Source of the DNA: Geosiphon pyriformis uo1
Taxonomy: Eukaryota; Fungi; Glomeromycota
Direction of reading: 5' to 3'
DNA: 12,666 bases
Assembly: GCA_016748015.1 (NCBI GenBank)
Contig: JAAOMT010000391.1
Span: forward strand, 16,909 to 29,574
Position numbers and translations under genes: made by a program. Each line of letters begins with the position of its first letter. Positions within the stretch are counted from its first letter, which is position 1. This document shows, piece after piece, positions 1 through 9,961 of the stretch. Under the pieces are notes generated by a model that made no database searches, was not told the DNA's origin, and saw nothing but the letters and a program-made list of their open reading frames with translations.

Positions 1-2581
1 TGTTTATAATAATTTCTTTTTGCAGTTTTTTGGTTTAAGTTGAAAATATTTTTTTATTTAAAAACTTTTGAAATAGGATAAATAAAAACTTGCATGTAAT
101 TTTATTTTTTACAATTTATGGAGCTTTTTTGAATTAATATTTAAATTTATGTATATTAGTAATTAAACTTTTTATTAATTGAAAATAATATTTTTTGATA
201 AAAAATTTTCAAATTTAATTTAAATTTTCATAATTTTAGATAAATATATAATAATAATTGTAAGAAAGTTTTTAAATTGTTTTCTATTGAAATGTTATGT
301 ATTGTTTAAGTGTAAAAAATATTTTAATTTTAAAATTAATTTAAACTATTTTTTTTGATTATTTAAAAAAATTAAGCATATATTAATAATAATTTTAAAA
401 TAATTTTATTTTATACAACATTTTTTCTACCAAATTTATTTTTTACAAAATATTTATAAAAATTTAACTCTTAAAATCAAACAATAGATTTAAACTTTAA
501 TTGAATAAAAAAAATTGTTTTAGAATTAAATTAATTCTTGATTAAATTCTACTTTTTTTAATAATAAAACTGTATTATATAAAAACTTTAAAATACTACA
601 ACTAATTTAACAAGTACTAGTTTTTAAATTAACACTAATAATGTTATTTAAATTGTTTAAAATATTTAATCTTTAAAATAAAAATTATGTTAATCATAGA
701 AAATATCTATTTTTATTAAATACTATAAAAATATGATTAAAATAGCTACATAAATGTTTAAAAAATGTTTTTACTTTGTTAAAAACTTTATTTTTTTATA
801 AAAAAAATTTTACTTTTCTGATTTTTCTGAATAAACACACTAATTTTAAAGTTTAGATATTAATTAACACAATTAACTTAACTGAAGTTAAAAAAAAGTT
901 TTGTTTAATAAGATGTTTTTTAATATTATTTATTTATTTTTTATTTAAAATTTTTTTAGTAAATTTGAAAATTGTTTTAAAGTATTTTATTTTAAATTGA
1001 TTATAGTTTTAAACATAAATGTAAATTTTTATAAAAGATTAATATTATTTTTAATATTTTTTTAATGTTAATTTTTTGAAAATTGAATATTTTGCTGTTT
1101 ATAAGCAAAATAATTAAAATATCTATTACTATTAAATAAATACTATTTAATAATATTCTTAATAATAATTTTTAAGTTTTTTAATATATTAGATATATTT
1201 TTTTATATAGAAATTTTTACACTAATAATTTTTTATTTATTGGTTTATAAACTAATTAAAAAATTTAAAGCAATATAATTAAGTAGCTAAAATAAATTAA
1301 TTAAAATGATTTTATATTTTTTGTAAAATAATCAAAATAGAATAAATATTCTTAATTTTTTTAAAAATTTAGTTTTATATAATAAAATATATATTTGTAT
1401 TAATAAATCACTTTTAATATTTCAAAAAATTTATTAATTAAAATTTTTTCGTGTTTATAAAATATTATATATTATTTAATTATAGTTGTATAATTTTTTA
1501 AACTTTAAATTTGTAAATTAAGTTATTTTTTTGTATATAATAATCTAGTTTACATCAAAATTTACACAATAATTTTAATTAAGGAGTAAAATTTGCAAGC
1601 AATACAAATTTAATTGTTTTTTAACAAAAAAATAATATTTATAAATAAAAATATTTAAAATTATATATTGTTAATTTATATTAAACTAAGTCTTAAATCA
1701 AAAAATAAAATTTTAAAAGAACAAATATTAAAAATTAATAAAATATTATTATTATTAAGTATTAATATTGTTAAAATTAAAATAATTATTTTTATTTATT
1801 TATTTATAGAATAACAAAATATACAGATTGTTTAATAGTTATTTTTTAATTATTATTAGTATTTTTATTGTTTTATAATATTTAAAAGTTTTTTGTATTA
1901 GATATTATAATTATTAAATAATTTATTATAAAAAAAATCAGAGTTTATAAATTAACTTAACTATAGTTTAATTTTATTATTAGCTTTTTTTTTCATAATA
2001 TATTAATGTAATTTTATTATTATTGTTTTATAGTCTATTTTTTTAAAATTTTTTACAGATTATAAATTTTTAAAAAAAAATTTATTAATTAAATATTAAT
2101 AACTTTATGATTTAATTTTGTTTTTTAGTCTAATTTTTTATTATTTTTTATTCTTATTATTAAAATTCTAGTCTTTATTAAAGCATATTTAAGTTTTAAT
2201 TATATTTAAAACTTAATAACTTTTTATTAGTCTTAAATTTAGTTATTTTTTAAAGTATATTTTTATTCTAATTATATTACTCAAATTATGATTGAAATTT
2301 GTTTGTTATTAAAAGTATTATGAACAAATTATGTTTTATTTTCTGTTTTTTAAAATACTTTATATAAATTTCAACTGTTTTTATTATTAATATTATTATA
2401 TACACAAAACATTTTTTCAGTTTTTTATAGAAGTTTTTTAGAATTCTAATTATTATTATTATTATATTAAAAAAAATTACTATCTTTTTTAGAAAACAAA
2501 TTTTAAATATATATTCTTTATGCAAATTAATAATTAGTTTTTTACTTTAATTTATATTGTAATATTAAAAAAATTAATAAT
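1..2581. other. Extremely AT-rich, probably terminally decayed repeat-derived DNA
   Basis: Sampled 60-nt lines carry 5-9 G/C; I found one CpG (1450-1451) and no recoverable protein motif. Same composition resumes at 3578-4487. Repeat origin is inferred from the neighbouring decayed elements. Confidence 0.5.
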
Positions 2582-2590
2582 TAAACTTTA
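2582..2590 (+). repeat. Left target-site duplication TAAACTTTA
   Basis: Identical to 3569-3577; the two copies sit exactly at the edges of the GC-richer island. Confidence 0.8.
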
Positions 2591-3568
2591 ATTTTTTTTT
2601 ATTCAATTTAATAAGTGAGATCCAAATACTGCCTAGTATAATACATTATATAAATGATCTAAACTAGATGTGAATCATGTATTTTCTATACATAACCAGC
2701 CACTTAGGCTAATCAGGACAACATTATGCACATATATGTACTGAAACTATGTTATCTATACCCGAAAAAAATAAACAAGATTTACAAAACCCAAAATTAA
2801 CACCAAATGCATCTGCAATACCCAACCACTAAACCACACTAGCCGAAAGCACTAAAAAAAGACCAAAGATTGAAACAGGAACAAAACCATCATGTAGAAT
2901 CATGCCACTTTTCTCCATAACAGCCCAGTGCTTAGCACATACTAACCAAACATCATTATGAAACACAAGACAAAACTTATATACAAAGACCACAATATTT
3001 TGAGCTGTAATCTTAGAGTTTTTAAAAACAGCAACAAATTCTCAATACCACTCCTTGAAAACAAAGCCCTTATACAGAGCTGCACTAACACCAACATTGG
3101 AGATGCAAGTAGAAAACAGCTGCAAAATACATGAAGAAGAGCAAAATAAATCCAAGCATGTCTTCTAAGCAGATGCATGAACTTCCACCAATTGAGCATG
3201 ACCAGCAGCATCAAATGGGCAAAAAAACACATAGTTTGAGATCTCAACATTGCTGCAGAATAAACATATTACACTGGGGTAACTTCTATTATAAAGATGC
3301 TTATGCATAACAATTAGAAGATGATAATGCAATACCTTTATAAAATATGTTCAAAAGCCAGCAGTCTGAGTACTAGTGAAATCAGCAGTCATATGAAAGT
3401 CTGGATGCCATATCAAAGAAGATCTAAACCAATTAATGTCAGCACATAAGCTATCTATTAAGACCCAAAAACCAGAACCAACCTTCTAGTGTACATGGTA
3501 AACAGATTAGAAAACACTACAAACAAAATACTTAGAATTACTGGACACTGCAGTACCATTAGCCCTGA
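2591..3568 (-). mobile_element. 5'-truncated non-LTR retrotransposon (LINE) with 3' UTR, poly(A) tail and target-site duplication
   Basis: Sharp GC-richer island. Minus strand ends ...TTGAATAAAAAAAAAT (AATAAA at 2598-2603 merging into A9 at 2592-2600). Flanked by exact direct repeat TAAACTTTA at 2582-2590 and 3569-3577. Contains an ORF2 C-terminal remnant. Confidence 0.88.
2724..3566 (-). pseudogene. C-terminal ~280 codons of LINE ORF2 (post-RT region with Cys-rich Zn-binding motif)
   Basis: One frame without frameshift, six internal stops: RANGTAVSSNSKYFVCSVF*SVYHVH*KVGSG...INWFRSSLIWHPDFH...TYFIKVLHYHLLIVMHKHLYNRSYPSVICLFCSNVEISNYVFFC...HNDVWLVCAKHWAVMEK...VSVHICA*. CxxC-x7-(H>Y)-xxxC at 3219-3266 matches the L1-like ORF2 C-terminal motif; terminal TAA at 2724-2726. 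Confidence 0.82.
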
Positions 3569-3577
3569 TAAACTTTA
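3569..3577 (+). repeat. Right target-site duplication TAAACTTTA
   Basis: Identical to 2582-2590. Confidence 0.8.
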
Positions 3578-4487
3578 TATTTATTATTTTTAGCATAAAT
3601 AATTAAATATTTTGTAATTACATATATAATTTTAAGAAAAAAATATTAATTACTAATAATTAAAAAAATTATTGTTTTTAATCTATATTTAACATAATAA
3701 TTAAGTATTTTTTTATGTAAAATTTTAATTAAATTTTTAAGAGTTTTTGTTTTATTTTTTAATAAAAGTTAATAATAAATTTAAAAGATTTAGTGCCTAA
3801 TAAAATAAATTAATATTAATAAATTAATTAAAAAAAAAACTGGTTTTTGGTTTTATAATTAAAATATAAAGCTTTGTAATTATTTTTTAACAAGCTTTAA
3901 GATACCAATACTAATAATTTATAAATTATTATTAAAGTTAATATTAATTATTAATACATAATTATTATAAATAAGTAAATATTAAAAAGTATTAAAAATA
4001 AAATATTAAATTTTTTAAATCAAAATTTTTAAAAATTTTGGTAAATTTAATAAAAAAATTAATTAAAATTCAAAAAATACAAACAGTTAAAATAATTTAT
4101 AACAGTAAATAATTATTATTATATAATAAAATGCTAATTTTTTTAGGCTTTAATACAAATAAACTGTTTAATTAGCTTTGTTTATAAAGTTATATATAAA
4201 AAATTAATAGAGTTTTATAATTGTAAAAAAATATTTTCTTAATATTTTTGCTGTTATATTAAATATTAAGATAATTTTAATTATAATATCATAATAATAT
4301 TAATTTATTAAACTATATTTTTAATAAATAATATGTTTTTTATAGACTATTATATAAAAAATTGTGAAATAATTTTTAATTACTATAAAAATTTTTAAAA
4401 AGATATATTTTACCAAAAAATTCAAAATCTAAAAAAATATAATTTAATATTTAACAATATGTTTTATAACTACAATTATATAAATAT

Positions 4488-5240
4488 TTATAATTAATAT
4501 TTAAAATGAAATTTATTAGTATTTAATTAAACTTTTTAGTATTTATTGTATTTTATGCTAATATGTTTTTAACAAAATAATTTTATAGTATATTATTTTT
4601 ATATAAGTTTTTATTTTATTAATACTTATAGTTAATATTTAAAAAAAAATTATTAATATTTAATAAAATTTTTAATACTTGTTATAATCTATATTAGTAT
4701 GTTTTTTATTAAAATAATTTAATATTATCTTATTTTTATATAGTTTTAAATTTATGAATTCTTATAATAATACTTAAAAAAAAATTTGTTAATATTTAAT
4801 AAAACATTTTAGTACTTATTATATTTTTATGTTAATATATTTAATACTATAATAATTTAATATTATCTTATATTTATATAAACTTTTATATTTTTTAAAT
4901 TATTTATAATTAATATTAAAAAATAGTTTTTATAATTTTTGTTTTTTAATTTTCATTAAGTATAATTTAAACTTAACTAATTTAAAATTTTATGTAATTT
5001 TTGATCAATAAAAAAACTAAATATATAATATTTTTATAAAATTGTTCTTGAAAATTAATTATATAAATTTTTATATTTTTTTAATTACTTATAATAATAC
5101 TTAATAAGTAAATATGATAATTTTGTTAATTACATTTTAAGTTTTATTTTCTTGAAAATTTTATATAATTTTTAATTAATTAAAAAACCAAATATATAAT
5201 ATTTCTATAAAAACTGGTTTTAAAAATTTATTATAAATAC
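4488..5240. repeat. Diverged composite tandem array: about three ~138-bp units followed by two ~171-185-bp units
   Basis: Unit heads of the form TTATA(A/G)(T)TAATA(T/C)T at 4488, 4626, 4762, 4904 and 5089. Exact 21-mer AATAATTTAATATTATCTTAT at 4713 and 4851 (period 138). AAATATATAATATTT at 5019 and 5190 (period 171). Confidence 0.65.
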
Positions 5241-5324
5241 TATATAAAGTTTTTTTATATAAATTATTAAGTTTGTAAAAAAATATTGGATTTATAATAA
5301 AAATAAATTATTATTTATTATATA

Positions 5325-6060
5325 TAAGTTTGTTAAACTTCTTAATATAAGTCATAACAAATTTAGAAATATTATTGTTAGTAAATTGTTTAAAAAAAAA
5401 ACAGTTTTAAAAATTTGTTAATTGGCAAAAAAATTGGCCAAGTTTTTGAATTAGTTTCTTTAAAAAAATAAGGAATTGTTTATAATATTTTTATTGTATT
5501 CTATTTGTTTGTATTTTTTGTCTTAGTAACTTAATCAAACTATTTTTAAAGACTGGTTTCAATATTTTTTTCAGAAAAATCAGAAATCTTTATAATATAA
5601 ACAGTAGCTATTTTATTATTATTATTTTTTTTTATTTGTGTTTTTTTTTTAATTGGTTTAGAAACATTTTTTTTATTAGTTAAAGTTTTTAAATGTTTAC
5701 TTTAATTTTTAATTATATAATCAAAAAAGTTAGTACTAGTATAAATTAATTCTGACTGTTAAATAAAATTTTTAATTAAGTTTTTTGGTCTTAAAAACCA
5801 ATATTACAAGTAATTATTTAAAGTATTAAAACAAATAACAAACCCATAATTTGGTGTTTAATAATTATTGATAATGATAATTTCTAAAGGTTTTGAAGTC
5901 AAAAAGTTTTGGTTGAATTCTTTATATAATGAACAGAAATTCATTTGATGAATTTTTTTCTTTAGTATAGTAGTCAATTTATTTTGGCAGTTATGCTATT
6001 CTAATAAGCTATTTTTAAGTTTTTTACTCTTATTTTACAGATTTTTTACCAAATTGTTTT
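5325..6060 (-). pseudogene. Decayed retrotransposon gag (capsid N-terminal part), truncated
   Basis: Minus strand from 5611: IATVYIIKISDFSEKNIETSL*K*FD*VTKTKNTNK*NTIKIL*TIPYFLK, then FKTVFFKQFTNNN and FVMTYIKKFNKL. Reversing transitions gives IPDFSG...PQEWL...ANGW...IPYFLKG...FKTAFLEQF...SVMTYIGRFNKL, a typical Ty3/gypsy capsid pattern. Start boundary approximate. Confidence 0.7.
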
Positions 6061-6179
6061 TAACATCAATTATTTAGCACTTAATTTTTTAATCAATTAG
6101 TAACCAACAAAAAAAATAAAAATAAAAAAAATAAAAGAAAATAAGAAAAGAAATAAAAAATTAATATTTTGTCAATAAT

Positions 6180-6461
6180 TATGATCAAAAGTTATTGGTT
6201 TAATATAGTTAAGTATAAGATTTTATCAAAATAAATTGTTGATAATGCAAAAATAATTAATATTTTTTAATTAAGCAATGACAATATGAATTAGATAATA
6301 ATAAATATTTTTATTAATATAAGTATAATTTTATTTCAAGTTATAGAAACTATTAATTAAAAAAAGAGATATTAGATAATTATTTATTTATAACTACTGT
6401 TTTTTTTGGTTTTTAATACTTTCACTATATATACATAATTTGTATTATATAAAATTCTACA
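6180..6461 (-). repeat. Probable LTR (~280-290 bp)
   Basis: Starts TGTAGAA directly after a purine-rich tract. Ends either GATCATA at 6180 (decayed ...CACA, followed by ATTAT and a decayed TGG-type PBS TGACAAAAT) or TTGACA at 6170. No second LTR in the window to confirm. Confidence 0.55.
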
Positions 6462-6479
6462 TATTTCTACTTTTTTTCT
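6462..6479 (-). promoter_or_regulatory. Polypurine tract (plus-strand primer) of the gypsy element
   Basis: AGAAAAAAAGTAGAAATA immediately before TGT on the minus strand, downstream of pol. Confidence 0.55.
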
Positions 6480-6549
6480 ATGCTATTTTCTGAAAATATG
6501 CTTTTTTTTAGAAATATGCTGTAATTTTTTAAAAATATGTTTATTTATT

Positions 6550-7275
6550 AAGTATTATTCTTCTATTGGTCTATTTTATAATCTGGTTTTTTTATCTTTT
6601 CTGGTATTTTTTTATAAGTAATAATTTTTTTTTTAATATTAAGCTTTATTGAATTTTTATTTTGAATTAAGTTTATTATATCTTTTTCTAATATTATTTG
6701 TTTAATTCTGGTTTTTATGTTTTTAAATTAAGAGTTGATTATTCTTTTTTACTGGTTAATGATTATTGTTTTCATTTTTAAATGTAGTAATATTTCTGGA
6801 TAATCTTAAAATACAGTATATAGTCAATAAATTGTTTTAATATATAATATATAACTTGTTCTTTTTTTAAAAAAGTCTTTAATCTTTTGTACTATTTTTT
6901 AATTGAATATTTTTTTGGATTTGTCAGTATATAATTTTTGAATATTCAGCTATTATTTCAACTGATAATAATAATATGCTATTAAAAATTGTTTTATTTA
7001 TAACTTTTAGTTCTTTTTAGTTAGTTTTTTTATTGGAATAGTACTTGGTATTTTTTTAAAAGTGTTCTTTATTTTTTCTATAATTTTATCTGATTAGTGT
7101 TTTATTTAATTCTGTAGTTGCTAATATGAGATGATTTTTGTTTTTTTTTGTGTGTTTTTATAATAAATTGTTTGGTAATTAATAATAATTTCTATGTTTA
7201 ATTGTTGTTGATTTATGGCTTAAAATAATTATTGTGCTATGATGTGAATATAATCTGAGATTTTTATTTTTTATT
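6550..7275 (-). pseudogene. Decayed additional ORF (~240 codons) between integrase and PPT, function unknown
   Basis: One frame reads ISDYIHIIAQ*LF*AINQQQLNIEIIINYQTIYY...KIPSTIPIKKL...YTVF*DYPEILLHLKM...IPEKIKKPDYKIDQ*. Surviving CCA/CAG codons at 7046, 6962, 6797, 6602 and 6584 share one frame; stops are mostly TAA/TAG, as expected from CAA/CAG/TGG decay. Confidence 0.5.
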
Positions 7276-7439
7276 ATTGTATTTATAATATATACTGTGT
7301 TTTTATATACTTTATTTTAATCTATTTTTTTGTGTTTTTTTCAATAATTATAATTGGTTCCAAATTTTATAGAATTTTATCTGGTTTAAGTAGTATTTTT
7401 TATACTCTTAGTTGTAAAATATTATTAATATATGATAAT

Positions 7440-9960
7440 ATTATATTGTAATATAATTTCAGTTAATTATTATATGCTGTTTTAATTAAGATTTTGTCAT
7501 TTATCTTAATTTATAATCTTTATTTTCTAGAATTTTTTTAATGTAAAATAAACTATTCTATTTGAGGTCAAACTTTTTACTTAATTGTTTTTCTACTTTG
7601 ATACAATATAAAAGTACTTTGTTTTTAATCTTAAATTTGACCAGTTTATCTAGTAACTAATTGTTATCTCGTTTTTTTGTTTTTTTTGTAAATTTTATAT
7701 GTTATTAACTGTTTTTTATTTTTTTTTCTAGAGTTTTTATTAAGTTATATGTTTTTTTTAGCAATATTTTTTAAAAGTTGGCTTTTGTTATTGATTTTGT
7801 TGAATATGTATTAATATTTATCTTAACTAATAATATTGTTGTTTTTCTATAAACTAATTTAAATAGTGTTGTTTATGTGATATTTTGTTTTATTGTTCAA
7901 TAAACAAATAATATTAATAGTATAAACAAATTTTATTCATTCTAATTTTTTTGGCTGATTTTGGCTATTGCTTTACACAGTATTCTGTTAAATCTTTTGA
8001 CTAAGCTATTTGTTTATAGATAATATAAAAATAATAATAATTTTTTAATTCCAAATTTTTAACTTAATTTTGTCAATGTTTTGTTTATAAAATAAGTTTT
8101 TTGGTCTAATAACAATTTTTTAAACATCTATGTTGATAAATTAAATTGTAGTATATGAATTTGATTATGAATTCTGTATCTGTTCTTTGAATGGCTTTAG
8201 TTTTTGGCTATTTTGTAAGATGATCTATGGCTATTATTATGTATTGATTGCTTTTGCTAGTTATTATTAATAGTTTAACTAAGTTAATTTTGATTCAATT
8301 AAATAATTGTACTTTAATTGGTCTTAATAAATTACTAAGTTTTGTTCTTTCTTTTTTTTTGACAAGTATCACAATTTAAACATATTAGATAATATTTAAA
8401 TATATTAATAACCAATAGTATCTTTTTCTGGTTTTTTTTATAATTATATTTTTATGAAAATATTCTGCAGTTAGATCTGAATACATATTAAACAGTATTG
8501 TTTCTTTCTTTGATTCTGTAATTATTTTGTGTAACTAGTCTGTTTTTTTAATATAATATATTTTGATAAGTAATAAAATATTTTAATTGTTGTTTTATGT
8601 TGTTTTGTTTTTATTAAGATAATTTTTTTTAAACTATTGATTATTAATATAATATTAAAGTTATTGATATTTTTGTGTATTTATTTTTTGTTATATTTTT
8701 GAGTTAAAATGTTTTTAAATTTGTTTTATTTATGACAAACTATTAGCATTTTTATTTTTTATTTTTTTTATAATATACTGTATAATTAAATAATAATAGT
8801 TTTATTTTTTATCTTGTATAACAATTATTTCCAAATTTTTGCTTTTGGATTAATGTTAATTCTTTGTAATTAGTGTATACATAAAATCTCTAACCTAAGT
8901 ATTTTTTCTATTTGATAACAGCCAAATAAATAACTAAGTGTTTTAATGTTAAACTGTTATAGTTTTTTTCATCTAAACTTAAATTTTGATTAATATATGT
9001 TATTAAATGTTCTTATTTATTCAGTTTTTTTTGTAATAATACTGTTTTTAATGCTTAACTTAATGTATTAGTAATGATAATAAATGGTTTGTTATGATTT
9101 AAATAGATTAAAACTAAAGTTTAAATAAGCTTTTGTCTTAAAATGGCAAAGACTTTTTATTGTGTTTCAGTTTATTTATGCTTAGTGTTTTTGGCTTAGT
9201 GCTAATATAATAGTTAAGCCAATTTGAAAAAGTTTTAGTGAAGCTCAAAAATGCTCTTAGTTCTGTCAAGTTTGTTGATACTAAAAAGTTTTTAACTATC
9301 TCAATTTTATTTGAATTTGTTTTAATACTGTTTTTGCTTACAATATGTTTTAAAAACTTGAATTCAGTTTTTTTAAAAAAACACTTGATAGTATTCAATT
9401 TTAACTCTGCTTTTTTTAATCTTTTGAATACTTATTGAAGATAATAAAAATAGTTATCAAATGTCTTAAAAAATACATTGATATTATTCAAGTAAACTAT
9501 TAATAATTTTCATAATAGTCTAGTATTAACAATTTTTATTAGCTATTAAAAAATAATTGGAGTATTGATTAAGTCAAAAAACATAATATTAAATTTAAAA
9601 TTTCTTTTTTTTATGATAAATGCTGTTTTTTTTTTATTAATCTGAATTTATAACTATTTACCAGTATTTACTGTCTAAGTTCAATATAAAAAATTATTTT
9701 TTTCCTTTAAAAACATCAAATAATTCTTAAATTTATAGAATTAAGTAGCTGTTTCTATAAGTAATACTGTTAAGTTTTCTATAATCTACACAAAAGCAAA
9801 ATTTTCCATTTTTTTCTAAACAAGTATTACTAATAATGATTATAAGCTTATTAATAATTAAATTAACTTGTTGTTTAATATACAGTTAATTTTTTAACAA
9901 ATAATCTTATGGTTCACAAATAGTATTTAATATGTTTTTTGTTTAATTGATATTGTATTT
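7440..9960 (-). pseudogene. pol: Ty3/gypsy pol: reverse transcriptase, RNase H, integrase with GPY/F region
   Basis: RT: KKNGKFCFCVDYRKLNSIT (core 9769-9792), LNLDSKYW*I (LDLASGYWQI), KTAFI, MFFDLINTPIIF** (MPFGLTNAPATFQR), VYLNNI (YLDD>YLNN at 9483-9494), KC...KFLKHIVS...TNLTELRAFL. RNase H ~8730-9095: KPFIIITNTLS*ALKTVLLQ, EKNY, FYVYTNYKEL, NANSLS. Integrase: RKRYYW...CDTCQ (~8360-8430), AIDHLTK*PKTKAI, LLDQKTYF, YYL*TNSLVKRFNR (~7984-8025), KFKIKNKVLL...KFDLK*NSLFYI (GPF). Confidence 0.93.
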
Positions 9961-9961
9961 T

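Larger units (their letters stand above)
5325..9960 (-). mobile_element. Decayed Ty3/gypsy LTR retrotransposon relic (pol - extra ORF - PPT - LTR - gag of a second copy)
   Basis: Domain order RT-RNaseH-integrase on the minus strand is diagnostic of Ty3/gypsy; see sub-features. Upstream part is cut off by the LINE at ~9962. Confidence 0.9.

Noticed and set aside
2286-2525. 79-aa minus-strand ORF
   Set aside because: I/K/F/Y-rich product of AT-rich composition; no motif.
2942-3250. 102-aa hydrophobic ORF resembling a membrane protein
   Set aside because: Alternative frame overlapping the LINE ORF2 remnant, whose motif-bearing frame is different.
4488-5240. CRISPR array or MORN-repeat gene
   Set aside because: Whole units are similar with no unique spacers; a tempting MORN-like reading needs a frameshift at the same place in the units checked.
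1-5320. Mitochondrial, plastid or endosymbiont DNA suggested by extreme AT content
   Set aside because: No tRNA, rRNA or organellar protein motif seen; the context is nuclear retroelements and a telomere-type array.
6484-6540. Small palindrome TATTTTC-T-GAAAATA and three AAATATG motifs next to the PPT
   Set aside because: Too short to be significant at this AT content without comparison to intact copies.
9238-9438. 66-aa plus-strand ORF
   Set aside because: Antisense to the gypsy RT C-terminus.
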